In this document: positions 1 through 11,976 of the stretch, in pieces
Numbering within the stretch: position 1 is the first letter of the stretch
Layout: each line of letters opens with the position of its first letter
NCBI GenBank assembly: GCA_965235115.1
Contig: OZ249439.1
Span: 8,556,001-8,620,000, forward strand
DNA: 64,000 bases
Source of the DNA: Laetmonice hystrix
Lineage: Eukaryota
Direction of reading: 5' to 3'
Notes under the pieces: generated by a model
Databases searched by the model: none
What the model was told of the DNA's origin: nothing
Seen by the model: the letters and a program-made list of their open reading frames with translations, nothing else
Position numbers and translations under genes: made by a program

Positions 1-266
1 ACGCGAATACTCGCCTTCCTTCATTAAAATGTTGGCAATAATAATTAATTATTACTATTCACTGACCAATCAGAGTTACTCGTTGATTACTTCGCTGGAA
101 TAGAGGAAATAACTTGACCACAGAATCGTAGTGGTCTACACACAGCACGGACACTGGCCCTCACTTATTGAATTATTCACGGAATGAGGCGGCTCCTTCC
201 AGTATATCACGTCAAAAAAAGATGATAGCCCCACCACATAAAACGGGTCCTATATGACCTTCTGTT

Positions 267-272
267 TTTATT
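267..272 (-). promoter_or_regulatory. Candidate polyadenylation signal (AATAAA) of the BEACH gene
   Basis: AATAAA on minus strand followed ~25 nt later by GT-rich (TTTATGTGGTGG) and T-rich tracts; alternatives at 604-609 and 1229-1234. Confidence 0.3.
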
Positions 273-2077
273 TAACATAAGAAACACGTGAACAGGTTAA
301 AAAATGTCATCCCCCGGTCTCCTTTCCGTTTCTGTTTTTGTTTCGTTAGTAGCGGCAATAATCGTCTTCTCACTCTGACAGAAGTAAGGAGTCGAAGAGG
401 CTGGCTTTACATTTTACGGTCATCAACAAAAATGTAAATAAAACAAATGTTCTTCAGCTGACCTCTTACGACCTTTGACCCCGAGATAAATTGACCAGAG
501 AATTACACGTTACCGGTACCCAATACCTCATCCAGAATGTGTCCACCCCTCTATACAGGATTCACTGATCTATCCATGCCGACTACAATATAAAGATATC
601 TCATTTATTCCGTATTTTCATACACGAGTTTTACCACGGCCTCTCCAATGTTAATTACGTTACACACCTGCACTTAGACTATAGTTTTGTGATTATTAAT
701 TGGCATCAACGACTTACTTTGCCATTAACCTCCTACATCTGAAAACTCATCCCAATCGGTTGCTCTTGCTTTTTCTTACAGTCACGTGATAAGATAAGGG
801 TAGTTGATTGGACTGTGCCGTGGTTACCATTGGTTACCCCGTGTTGTCTATGCTAATTCTTATCTCCTCAACGTGCAACGTGAGAAAGAGTTCTGTACTA
901 ATATTTAACCAACTCACAGACACTTGGTATCTTTATGAAAACAATTGCATATATCCTTTGTTAAACCTCCAGTACCTACTCGACAACTGATGGAAACCAT
1001 CTCGTCCAATCGATTTGCAAGCCGAGTTTGGAATAAAATGACCAACACAAAGTGTTGATGACATCAGAGTCTACTCTCGACAATCCCACCCGACTGACCC
1101 TTCAATTTATAAACATGGCGCCTGCTAGCGTCAGCTAGCGTGTGCTAGCGTCAGCCTCAGGGGAGTTATATCTCACAGAACTCGTGGACAAAACGAAGCG
1201 GTGGAAAGCACCCCCTCGCGTCGACGGATTTATTCACTGTTTCGTATTTAGTACTCACAGCCAACGTACAACGTAGGTGGCGCCACGACGTGCGTCGGTT
1301 TATGCTAACAATGTCGTATCATTTCATGGTGGCCACTGGATCTGTCGCCAGCTCAGTTAAAATCTATCTATTATTATAAAGGGTCGGTGCCTGTAAGGTG
1401 ACACTGGTATGTACATAGTATACAATATATACCGATAAACATTGTCTGGTTAGGTACTTTGTGTCTCCAACCCACGCCTCTTGCACGTCGGTTGAGCGTG
1501 ATTTCAGGTTAGAATTTCCTAGCGTGTCTCCTACACGACACACTACATACCGGACTGTTATGTTCTCCAGGTAAAAACGGCGTCAAGGTATAAATCTACA
1601 GAGTTCAACAAGTATCCATCACAAGTTACCCCCACCGCTGTGATGACGTATTCAGGCAGGTTCTCCCCCAGCACTCTAACAGTCCTGTCCCAGGTACCAC
1701 ATCAATACTGGCATTTACAACATGTCACTCACGGTCCTCTTACTGTTAAAGATATAACATTTATAAACTTGTTTAATTCACACTTGTTTGATGTGTCACT
1801 CCTCTACCCATCTCTTTACTTCATCTCTTCTCTTGACGTCCCAGAAAACTGAAAGCGTTGCATCACAATGAGCTATAACATTTCATTTTCTTGGACTGGT
1901 CCTCAGGTATGTATCTGCCCCTGTATACTCGTTGCCATACTACATCTCATTACGGACCAGTCGACTCTGTCTGATGTATGTAACTATGTATACATGATAT
2001 AGAGGCGTGAAGCCTGACGTCCCAGTGCGGGTCAGAGTTCAGACTGTGCGGGTCTGCTGGAAGGCCATGGCCTGCTA

Positions 2078-2171
2078 CTAGTGATAGCGGTCTTGAAATT
2101 CGTGATGCCACTTGTTAAAGTCGATGTTAAAAACGATAAGACACCCAGTCGCTAGTCCGGCCATCAGATAT
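2078..2171 (-). CDS. NBEA: BEACH gene last coding exon
   Basis: CTCTCCCAG|A TAT CTG...; [33 protein letters not shown] at 2078-2080 followed by a second TAG. Confidence 0.95.
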
Positions 2172-2579
2172 CTGGGAGAGAAAAAAAAATAAAATAAAAA
2201 TTAGTTGTGGATCAACTAGAAAACTCCACTCATCCGTGTATTTAAGGTATCCCGTACATTACAACGAACCACACTCAGAGAAACAAAAAGAAGGCCCTGA
2301 TCCATTAAGACGATTTCCCTTGCGACGGCCAGGCGATTTTTTTATTTCATGATGGAATTTCACTCTGTAACTTTTCCTGGCTGGCCTTCCCTGTTTCTGG
2401 AAATGGGTTCCATCCTTTAATCTTAAAAATCCCAGTAAAATAACAGGGTGATGCCAAAATCGCATTGACATCACAAGGACAATCGCCTCAGTAGATCAGG
2501 GCCTTAACTGTCTCAACTTTTTTCTTTCCAAACTAGAGTGGTAAAATAACGAAGGATTTCTTGATTACGTGTGACCTAC

Positions 2580-2731
2580 TTTTGATCGTGTGAAAGGGCG
2601 AGCGAGCGGACGCTCGAGTCACAGGTAGGGTAGGTGTAGAGGACATTCAGGTCGTGTGTCCGCCAAACCTCGACGATACCGTTATCACCTCCCAACATGA
2701 CGTACTGCCCGTCACGTGACATAATCATACA
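2580..2731 (-). CDS. NBEA: WD40 exon
   Basis: TTTCAG|TGT...CAAAA|GTAGGT; [51 protein letters not shown]; not in ORF track (<60 aa). Confidence 0.94.
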
Positions 2732-2998
2732 CTGAAATCACACCAGAGGGCGCACAAGTCAGCACATGGAATACAACCACCGGATCCCAATCTCAAATTG
2801 GTGGGTCAAAACGGTGTTGAAAAAAAATTGTTGAAACAATGTATTCTTTAAAATATATATTAACACAAGCTGGTTAAAACTTACATTATTAAAGCATAAG
2901 GCACTCTTATCGACCGGGTCCAAATCTTGGCTATTATAACACCATAATACATTCCCTATGCCCGCACTTCATACCGACCGAAGTCTGAGCACACCCAC

Positions 2999-3195
2999 CT
3001 GGACATTGTCGTTGTGAGCGACGTGTCGCAGTAGTTTGCCGTTGATGCCAAACGAACAGAGGGCACCCTTGTCGTAGTTCACGATGATGTAGCCCTCTCG
3101 TGTCATTGTCAGGAACTTCGGCGAGCGGTACACATCTGGTGGTTCTAACGACCGCAAGAGGTCGCCAGTGTTCGAGTGGATCAGGCACGGTCCAT
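2999..3195 (-). CDS. NBEA: WD40 exon
   Basis: TCTTCCAG|AT...CAG|GTGGGT; DGPCLIHSNTGDLLRSLEPPDVYRSPKFLTMTREGYIIVNYDKGALCSFGINGKLLRHVAHNDNVQ. Confidence 0.94.
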
Positions 3196-3364
3196 CTGGA
3201 AGATAGCAAATTGCTGGTGTCAAATTGCTTACAATCTGAGAACGTTCATTTCTTTACCCAGTGGTGTCTGGTGGGAAGATTCTAAAGATGCTTTCGTCAT
3301 TTGCTGTATTTTGCCAGTTGTTACTGTGCCGTCCGTTAGTCAAAGAATGGTTTTATTAGATCCC

Positions 3365-3950
3365 CTGACCACTATAGCAAGTCTTACGTTGTGAGCCACT
3401 GACCACTATAGCAAGTCTTACCTTGTGAGCCACTGACCACTATAGCAAGTCTTACCTTGTGAGCCACTGACCACTATAGCAAGTCTTACCTTGTGAGCCA
3501 CTGACCACTATAGCAAGTCTTACCTTGTGAGCCACTGACCACTATAGCAAGTCTTACCTTGTGAGCCACTGACCACTATAGCAAGTCTTACCTTGTGAGC
3601 CACTGACCACTATAGCAAGCCTTACCTTGTGAGCCACTGACCACTATAGCAAGTCTTACCTTGTGAGCCACTGACCACTATAGCAAGTCTTACCTTGTGA
3701 GCCACTGACCACTATAGCAAGTCTTACCTTGTGAGCCACTGACCACTATAGCAAGTCTTACCTTGTGAGCCACTGACCACTATAGCAAGTCTTACCTTGT
3801 GAGCCACTGACCACTATAGCAAGTCTTACCTTGTGAGCCACTGACCACTATAGCAAGTCTTACCTTGTGAGCCACTGACCACTATAGCAAGTCTTACCTT
3901 GTGAGCCACTGACCACTATAGCAAGTCTTACCTTGTGAGCCACTGACCAC
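3365..3950. repeat. 34-bp minisatellite, ~17 copies, spanning exon 3' end + 5' splice site
   Basis: Unit CTTGTGAGCCACTGACCACTATAGCAAGTCTTAC; 19 nt exon + 15 nt intron on minus strand. Confidence 0.97.
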
Positions 3951-4036
3951 GATACCAAGCTCTGCCGACACTACTACACACGTCACTTCAGATTGATGCC
4001 CGGTCAATGTTGCTTTAGGGGTAGGATCTTCTATAC
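3932..4036 (-). CDS. NBEA: WD40 exon (donor amplified 17x downstream)
   Basis: TTTTCAG|GT...CAAG|GTAAGA; [35 protein letters not shown]. Confidence 0.93.
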
Positions 4037-4395
4037 CTGAAAACGTTTGGGCACACTTGTACGACATGTTACACTCGACTTGACTATGACTGGACTGTGT
4101 GATTGTTTAACACGGTAAAAGACGTGTTTGGGAATAACTTATGCTTAACTAAAAAATTATGCATTCTGTTATTATTACGATAGAAATCACTTTTTAAGTT
4201 CTTATAAAAAAACACACACAAAAACACCAAGGTGACACTTCTGTAAACCCCTAAATTAACGACCTTTTATAGTTTCGCAATTCTTTCACAATTTTGTACC
4301 TAAAGCTTCACGTTTTTCCCGTTCTACCTATTTCACAAAACTTTCATACACTGCCAAAACCGCGAATCAAGGGAACCAAACAGTGTTGTCCTTAC

Positions 4396-4563
4396 TTCCA
4401 TTGTCTCCTAGAATACTCTGCTGTTTGGCATTCCAGTGCCAGACCATGACTGTACAGTCCTTGGAGCCGGTGACGACGTAACAGTCCTGGTTAATGTTAC
4501 ACTCAGACCGTCCTATACACGTCACCACGTCAAAGTGACCATACACCACCTGGCATACCTTGG
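4396..4563 (-). CDS. NBEA: WD40 exon (proximal-acceptor form; 9 more in-frame acceptors up to 5346)
   Basis: TTTACAG|CC...GGAA|GTAAGG; [56 protein letters not shown]. Confidence 0.92.
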
Positions 4564-5368
4564 CTGTAAACAAGTAAAAACGGTTACACTCAGACCGTCC
4601 TATACATGTCACCACGTCAAAGTGACCATACACCACCTGGCATACCTTGGCTGTAAACAAGTAAAAACGGTTACACTCAGACCGTCCTATACACGTCACC
4701 ACGTCAAAGTGACCATACACCACCTGGCATACCTTGGCTGTAAACAAGTAAAAACGGTTACACTCAGACCGTCCTATACACGTCACCACGTCAAAGTGAC
4801 CATACACCACCTGGCATACCTTGGCTGTAAACAAGTAAAAACGGTTACACTCAGACCGTCCTATACACGTCACCACGTCAAAGTGACCATACACCACCTG
4901 GCATACCTTGGCTGTAAACAAGTAAAAACGGTTACACTCAGACCGTCCTATACACGTCACCACGTCAAAGTGACCATACACCACCTGGCATACCTTGGCT
5001 GTAAACAAGTAAAAACGGTTACACTCAGACCGTCCTATACACGTCACCACGTCAAAGTGACCATACACCACCTGGCATACCTTGGCTGTAAACAAGTAAA
5101 AACGGTTACACTCAGACCGTCCTATACACGTCACCACGTCAAAGTGACCATACACCACCTGGCATACCTTGGCTGTAAACAAGTAAAAACGGTTACACTC
5201 AGACCGTCCTATACACGTCACCACGTCAAAGTGACCATACACCACCTGGCATACCTTGGCTGTAAACAAGTAAAAACGGTTACACTCAGACCGTCCTATA
5301 CACGTCACCACGTCAAAGTGACCATACACCACCTGGCATACCTTGGCTGTAAACAAGTAAAAACGGTT
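4496..5368. repeat. 87-bp tandem array, 10 copies, spanning 3' splice site + 68 nt of exon
   Basis: Period 87 (4496, 4583 ... ), near-identical copies, 29-aa repeat in ORF 4367..5371. Confidence 0.97.
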
Positions 5369-5653
5369 CAAATACCGGATTCTGTAACGGGGGACGGGGG
5401 TGGGAAGGGTAAGAGTACACAGGAGGGGGGGGGGCTGCTGTCTGAGACCTTTCTTTACAGGGTCTGAGGTAATTTCCCCCTAAAAGTTGAATTTTAGCAA
5501 GTCAACTGGATCCGGTCCTAATGATATACATGTATCACAAAAAAAGCTCACAAACTTCTTGATATTAATATGTTATTGTCCATCTGTAGTTTTGTTATAT
5601 CGTTTGTGATTGGTTAGGCTGTACGTAAAGGTAATGTGCTCGGAATGCCCTAC

Positions 5654-5809
5654 CAGACTCAGACGAGAAGAGCCGGAAACTCTTATCCCAGAATCCCGCA
5701 GCGAGAATGAACCGATTGTCGGCAGTCGTGATGAACGATGAGTGCGCCACCTTGAGGCGCTGGTCGAAGTTATTACCCAGGGACCGTCGGTGGAGTCCGT
5801 GACCAAACA
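5654..5809 (-). CDS. NBEA: WD40 exon
   Basis: GTTGCAG|TG...TCTG|GTAGGG; VFGHGLHRRSLGNNFDQRLKVAHSSFITTADNRFILAAGFWDKSFRLFSSES. Confidence 0.93.
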
Positions 5810-8082
5810 CTGCAACATGATTGGACGATGTAATCAACCAATCAGCAAACGTCACCGCTATCTCTCCCCTTCCGTGTCTAACGTTGGGAGAATTGTTCCT
5901 CCAAGGTCTAACATATATTTATATAATTTACATGTATATGACAATAGAGAGAAATATATAGGGCTTAATTCTGGATCAATTACTCATAAATAACTTTAGT
6001 AACCATCTTTTCTTATAAATGAAATGAAGATAAGATATAAAGAAGTCTCAATAGAAGCATGCACAAAATATAATTATAAGATAAGAATTTTAATGACAGT
6101 GATAAGAAATCAATAAAATGTCCCAATGGGCTCGCCTCTTCTGTTCTACTTTGTTCCAGATATGAATAATATGTTGATCGTTGGAAACAAACTTTCTGAA
6201 AGCTTCCTTGTGCCCCACATATAAATAAGTCCAGAGCCTCCCTATCGACCTGTAACGGGACCATCGGGTTGGGTAGGCCGGGCAGCTCCCGGGAATAGTT
6301 CGGGAAAACCGGTAATGCTAGCGGGAAAACACACCACCAATTTCTGGGGATGGATGGAGTGTTCATCCATCAAGTGTTCCGACGCTAGCCCAGGAAAAGT
6401 TTGGATTCGACTGCCGATGTAACTGGATTCAGATGGTATCAAAATCTAGGCAGCATGATGCATTGCGTTAGTGTTATTTCAGCAGTACATTTATCCGCGG
6501 TCAGTGGTTTTGATACCAATCTGAACCCTTTTCTTACCTCGCAACATGCAATATAATCCATAGACGGGAATTCTTAAAGTGCATTAAAGTCAGTGCCTCT
6601 GCTAGAGAGCGTGGTAGGATGTTGTCACCTGAATGACTGATATAACGTGCTGTGAGTGCAGTAGCAAAGTCAACGACACCATGAACAATGCTGATGGCAG
6701 TTGTGCAGTCTGGGTTGGACAAGACGGCCAAGCGTCAGAGGAACCGTTATGGTAATTGGATGACTTCCTAGCCAAGGCCCTTTCATCAGCCAATCATATT
6801 CGTGTACACAAACTCACACGGGACGTCATGGTGTAGACAACATGTGTTGTGTCGTAGTGTAGACGGTGTATTAATCAATAAACATTCCAGGATGGCATTC
6901 AGTCTACTCACTAATGGACGAGAGCGACAAGTCCGTCAGAGATTCAACACTCGACAGGATTATAAAGGGGTTAAACTGATGTGCAAAAAATGTGCGTAAA
7001 ACCGAGTGTATGAGGGAGAGGTGGTATAAAACTGGGAAGGTATGGACTACAGTGTTCTATAGGTATGTCTCTAAAATACACAAAGTACACAATGGAAACG
7101 GTCGCAACTGTCACAAGTCAAGATTCAACCAGAGATGGAGCATCGGAAATAGAATAAAAGATACTCTACTGGTCTAAACCAAGCCATGAACGAGTCTAGC
7201 AGGAGGGAGGTACCAACGATACTAAACATTATGCCAACGCGACATGAGACGCACGATGCTACTGGACGCAACTATCAACCAATGAAAACCCATGTAACAT
7301 AACGCTGCGTCACTCGACGCACACGTCGGGAGTCACGCATGCGCAAACCAATACCTGTCGACTCATCTTTGGGGGGAATGAAAACGAGGTCGAGGATGAA
7401 AAAGAAAAGAGAACAAATGCCATTCAATACAAAACATAAAGTACGTTTGTTGTATTGTGTTGTGACCAGTAAACGTGCAGAGATACTGTATTTTCATGAA
7501 TGCAAGGACGTTACAAACTGGTACAACCCAGTCACAGTTACATTACGGAAAGAAAACACGCCACACGACCACGACAAGGACAAGTTCCTCTTCCACATTT
7601 ACTACATGTTTTCAAACGTTTTGTTCTCCTGACAAGTATGGGACTGTGTTTCTGTGTGTTATCAAACGACCTGGGTTTTTCCTTATCGCCCCATGCACAA
7701 TTAGTTCGTGCCTGACATCGTGTCGATGGAAAACTCCAACTTTTCCCATCGAAACTCGACTTGATATGCTGAACTGCTGGACAGACACAATAATTCCTAA
7801 GCAGAACACAAGGTGGCGCTTCCATCTTATTCTTAAAATACAAATTAAATGCAAACACAACGCAGCTCAGGCTCTAATAAAGCTATTTAATGAATATAAT
7901 CATTGACAAAAATATACTTTTTAGGACATGGTTGCTTGCAATTAGTGATCACTTTGTTGACATACACTTCTGGTTTATAATATAAAATATCTCACCAAGA
8001 ATTGGCAGTTTCTCAGAAATGTTTGTCATTTTTCCCCAGACAACAAATACTCAGGTTCTTTGGTGGTACGGTGCCCACTTAC

Positions 8083-8154
8083 CGAGTAGCTGGTCCATGG
8101 AGAGAGGAAGCTGTGGCTGAGAGTCCGTCTTCTCCGTGTAACTTGGGGATGGTG
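8083..8154 (-). CDS. NBEA: BEACH-WD40 linker exon
   Basis: TTCTCCAG|CA...CTCG|GTAAGT; APSPSYTEKTDSQPQLPLSMDQLL; phase 1-1, aligns positionally with vertebrate ...HLPIEMDPLI... Confidence 0.85.
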
Positions 8155-8180
8155 CTGGAGAATTGGCTGTTGGTAACAAC

Positions 8181-8730
8181 AATCACGTGTCACATCCCAG
8201 CCAATCAACCACATTCACACATCAACCAATAATCACGTGTCACATCCCAGCCAATCAACCGCATTCATACATCAACCAATAATCACGTGTCACATCCCAA
8301 CCAATCAACCACATTCATACATCAACCAATAATCACGTGTCACATCCCAGCCAATCAACCGCATTCACACATCAACCAGTAATCACGTGTCACATCCTAG
8401 CCAATCAACCACATTCACACATCAACCAATAATCACGTGTCACATCCCAGCCAATCAACCGCATTCACACATCAACCAATAATCACGTGTCACATCCTAG
8501 CCAATCAACCACATTCACACATCAACCAAAAATCACGTGTCACATCCCAGCCAATCAACCACATTCACACATCAACCAATAATCACGTGTCACATCCCAG
8601 CCAATCAACCACATTCACACATCAACCAATAATCACGTGTCACATCCTAGCCAATCAACCACATTCACACATCAACCAATAATCACGTGTCACATCCCAG
8701 CCAATCAACCACATTCATACATCAACCAAT
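8181..8730. repeat. 50-bp minisatellite, 11 copies
   Basis: Unit AATCACGTGTCACATCCCAGCCAATCAACCACATTCACACATCAACCAAT. Confidence 0.96.
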
Positions 8731-9072
8731 CACATCCCTGCTTCCACGTCGAAACGCCAGGAAACCGTGTCTCTTGTCAAAACGCCACATAGATACATAA
8801 ATACATTCACAGCATGTTCCTTCGCTAGTGCTTAAAGAGAGCTACTGCATGACAATTTACAAGTCTGCATTACAAGTAAAAAACTCATTCTAATTACAAA
8901 AGCAAACAGTTTGTGCCAGTTGAATGTATAATTATTGTAACTATCTAGAGAGCTGCTGCCAGGCGGTTCAAACAATGGAGAGATAGATCGCAGAAGTTGT
9001 GTGTTTTAGGAGTATGGTGTGCGCCAGACGAGGGTGGGGGTTAGGTGGGGGTGGGTGGGTGGGATGACGTAC

Positions 9073-9253
9073 CTTTGCCGGCGTTGTGGTTCCACTTATT
9101 GACGGCGAAGTTGTGATTACACGTGATTGTAATGACGGCCGGGGTGGGCACGGCTGGGTGGGTGTTTGCCGACAGGTGGGTGACCGGAGAGTTGGAGAGG
9201 AACTTCATGATCATACACACGTCATCAGGTACCGTCGAGAACATCATTGGAGA
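9073..9253 (-). CDS. NBEA: Linker/WD exon (acceptor amplified 10x upstream)
   Basis: TACTCAG|TCT...AAAG|GTACGT; SPMMFSTVPDDVCMIMKFLSNSPVTHLSANTHPAVPTPAVITITCNHNFAVNKWNHNAGK. Confidence 0.93.
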
Positions 9254-10003
9254 CTGAGTATGTGAAAACATAAACCGACCATCAGATACCTCAGTCTGTA
9301 TCAAGTTCTTAGGTTCTCTGAGATCGGAGACTGAGTACGTGAAACATAAACCGACCATCAGATACCTCAGTCTGTATCAAGTTATTAGGTTCTCTGAGAT
9401 CGGAGACTGAGTACGTGAAAACATAAACCGACCATCAGATACCTCAGTCTGTATCAAGTTCTTAGGTTCTCTGAGATCGGAGACTGAGTATGTGAAAACA
9501 TAAACCGACCATCAGATACCTCAGTCTGTATCAAGTTATTAGGTTCTCGGAGATCGGAGACTGAGTACGTGAAAACATAAACCGACCATCAGATACCTCA
9601 GTCTGTATCAAGTTATTAGGTTCTCTGAGATCGGAGACTGAGTACGTGAAAACATAAACCGACCATCAGATACCTCAGTCTCTATCAAGTTATTAGGTTC
9701 TCTGAGATCGGAGACTGAGTACGTGAAAACATAAACCGACCATCAGATACCTCAGTCTCTATCAAGTTATTAGGTTCTCTGAGATCGGAGACTGAGTACG
9801 TGAAAACATAAACCGACCATCAGATACCTCAGTCTGTATCAAGTTCTTAGGTTCTCTGAGATCGAAAACTGAGTACGTGAAAACATAAACCGACCATCAG
9901 ATACCTCAGTCTGTATTGGTTCTCTGAGATCGGAGACTGAGTACGTGAAAACATAAACCGACTATCAGATACCTCAGTCTGTATCAAGTTCTTAGGTTCT
10001 CTG
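9249..10003. repeat. 77-bp tandem array, ~10 copies, spanning 3' splice site + 5 nt of exon
   Basis: Acceptor CT(plus) at 9254, 9331, 9407, 9484, 9561, 9638, 9715, 9792, 9869, 9937. Confidence 0.96.
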
Positions 10004-10209
10004 ACATACCGCGACCAGAACAGCTCGCAATCACAAACATTTTTTCTCCTTTCAACGACCTGTATTTCGTTTTCCTCATTACGATTTTCCACACTATGAA
10101 TCTGAGTTTTATTTAATTGACCTCAATCAGAACTCAATACATATATTGACATCTCCTTGACTTGTGAATGACTGGAGTTCAATTTTAAGTGAATACTGAA
10201 CTAACTTAC

Positions 10210-10299
10210 GATATGCATGACTGAGTTGCGCGGAGGGTGTGGTTCCGTGAGGAGTTGGGCAGGCGTTTGACCAAAACTACGTATCTGATTCTCTAACGC
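10210..10299 (-). CDS. NBEA: BEACH C-terminal exon
   Basis: TTTTGCAG|GCG...ATC|GTAAGT; [30 protein letters not shown]. Confidence 0.95.
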
Positions 10300-10311
10300 C
10301 TGCAAAACATC

Positions 10312-10486
10312 ATCAACATATTCTTCTTCAAATATCAACATGTTCTTCTTCAAATATCAACATGTTCTTCTTCAATTATCAACATGTTCTTCAATTATCA
10401 ACATGTTCTTCTTTAAATATCAACATGTTCTTCTTCAAATATCAACATGTTCTTCTTCAAATATCAACATGTTCTTCTTCAATTAT
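10312..10486. repeat. ~22-bp minisatellite, ~8 copies
   Basis: Unit ATCAACATGTTCTTCTTCAAAT. Confidence 0.92.
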
Positions 10487-10599
10487 AATTATAGTCGCTT
10501 ACCCTTGTACTTTGGACAATAAAATATTCAACATAATACGGATTTATAGTTAGGGTGGCACAGTGTCAGAGGATTGGGGAATTGTCTCTACCCGCGTCA

Positions 10600-10884
<285 letters not shown>

Positions 10885-10890
10885 TTAACG

Positions 10891-11686
10891 CTGGTCCAAA
10901 CACACATTTCGTAACACCTCCCTGACATATACCATCCACAGCTGACCGTTACACTTACTGGTCCAAACACACACTTCGTAACACCTCCCTGACATATATA
11001 TACCATCCCACAGCTGACTGATACACTTACTGGTCCAAACACACCGTAACACCTCCCTGACATATACCATCCCACAGCTGACCGTTACACTTACTGGCCC
11101 AAACACACACTCATACCTGCCAACATTTGGTCGACGGAATCCGGATTCATCCCAAAGTGACTTTTGATACTCTCTCTATGGGCCCCTTTCTTTTATCCAT
11201 CTCTCTCTATTCCTCTCCATTACTGACAGAAAGCACAACTCTGATTTACTAAACTTAGTGTAGAGATCTAGTTATATGGCAGGGACCATAAACGATCTTT
11301 TTGCCAGTGAAACTCTGCCATAAGCGAGAGATTTAACATGTATTTGGAGGGAATCTATACTTATTCTGTAAATTTCATGATTCCGTAATATTTAGAGAGT
11401 AATCCGGAATGCGGAATACCTCATTCAAATGCGGAAAGATTCCGCAGAATGCGGAAGGGTTGGCAGGTATGCACACTTCGTAATACCTCCCTGACATATA
11501 CCATCCCACAGCTGACCGTTACACTTACTGGTCCAAACACACACTTCGTAACACTTCCCTGACATATACCATCCCACAGCTGACCGTTACACTTACTGGC
11601 TCAAACACACACTTCGTAACACCTCCCTGACATATACCATCCCACAGCTGACCGTTACATTTACTGGTCCAAACACACACTTCGTA
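10891..11686. repeat. ~68-bp minisatellite, ~7 copies, interrupted by a MITE
   Basis: Unit GGTCCAAACACACACTTCGTAACACCTCCCTGACATATACCATCCCACAGCTGACCGTTACACTTACT. Confidence 0.94.
11112..11471. mobile_element. Non-autonomous DNA transposon (MITE), 360 bp
   Basis: Perfect 13-bp TIRs CATACCTGCCAAC / GTTGGCAGGTATG; CACACT duplicated on both flanks relative to the uninterrupted repeat unit; subterminal TGCGGAA/TCCGGA motifs. Confidence 0.88.
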
Positions 11687-11823
11687 AATTCTACAATATT
11701 TGTGAACTCTTTTATAACCTCCTTTTACTAAACACCAAATAGTCCCCCCAAATCCCCAGTCGTGGTGGCCCAGAGTGTGGACGTTTCAGACAATTCAGAA
11801 AGTTATTAGGATATAAGACTGAC

Positions 11824-11976
11824 CATTCTGTTCATCCGTACGAAGTCCTCCGCACTGCCGGCCCATGGCGGTAGTTCCACGTTACCGATGTCTACCATCT
11901 CCTCCGTCTTACCCAGATTGTAGCTATTGTTGTTGGTGAACATGTCGGGCAGATAGTAAAACTCTGGGACTAACTC
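11824..11976 (-). CDS. NBEA: BEACH exon (acceptor duplicated at 12056)
   Basis: ATTACAG|GAG...ATG|GTCAGT; ELVPEFYYLPDMFTNNNSYNLGKTEEMVDIGNVELPPWAGSAEDFVRMNRM. Confidence 0.95.

Noticed and set aside
3365-3950. 34-bp repeats as a CRISPR array
   Set aside because: Units are head-to-tail with no unique spacers, in a eukaryotic intron, and derive from the exon end.
4436-5467. 343-aa plus-strand ORF
   Set aside because: Antisense reading of the 87-bp array; open only because the unit is a stop-free multiple of 3.
10010-10059. Possible alternative exon (AG|GTCGTT...TCGCG|GTATGT) where vertebrates have a microexon
   Set aside because: 50 nt is not frame-preserving, there is no pyrimidine tract, and there is no similarity to the family.
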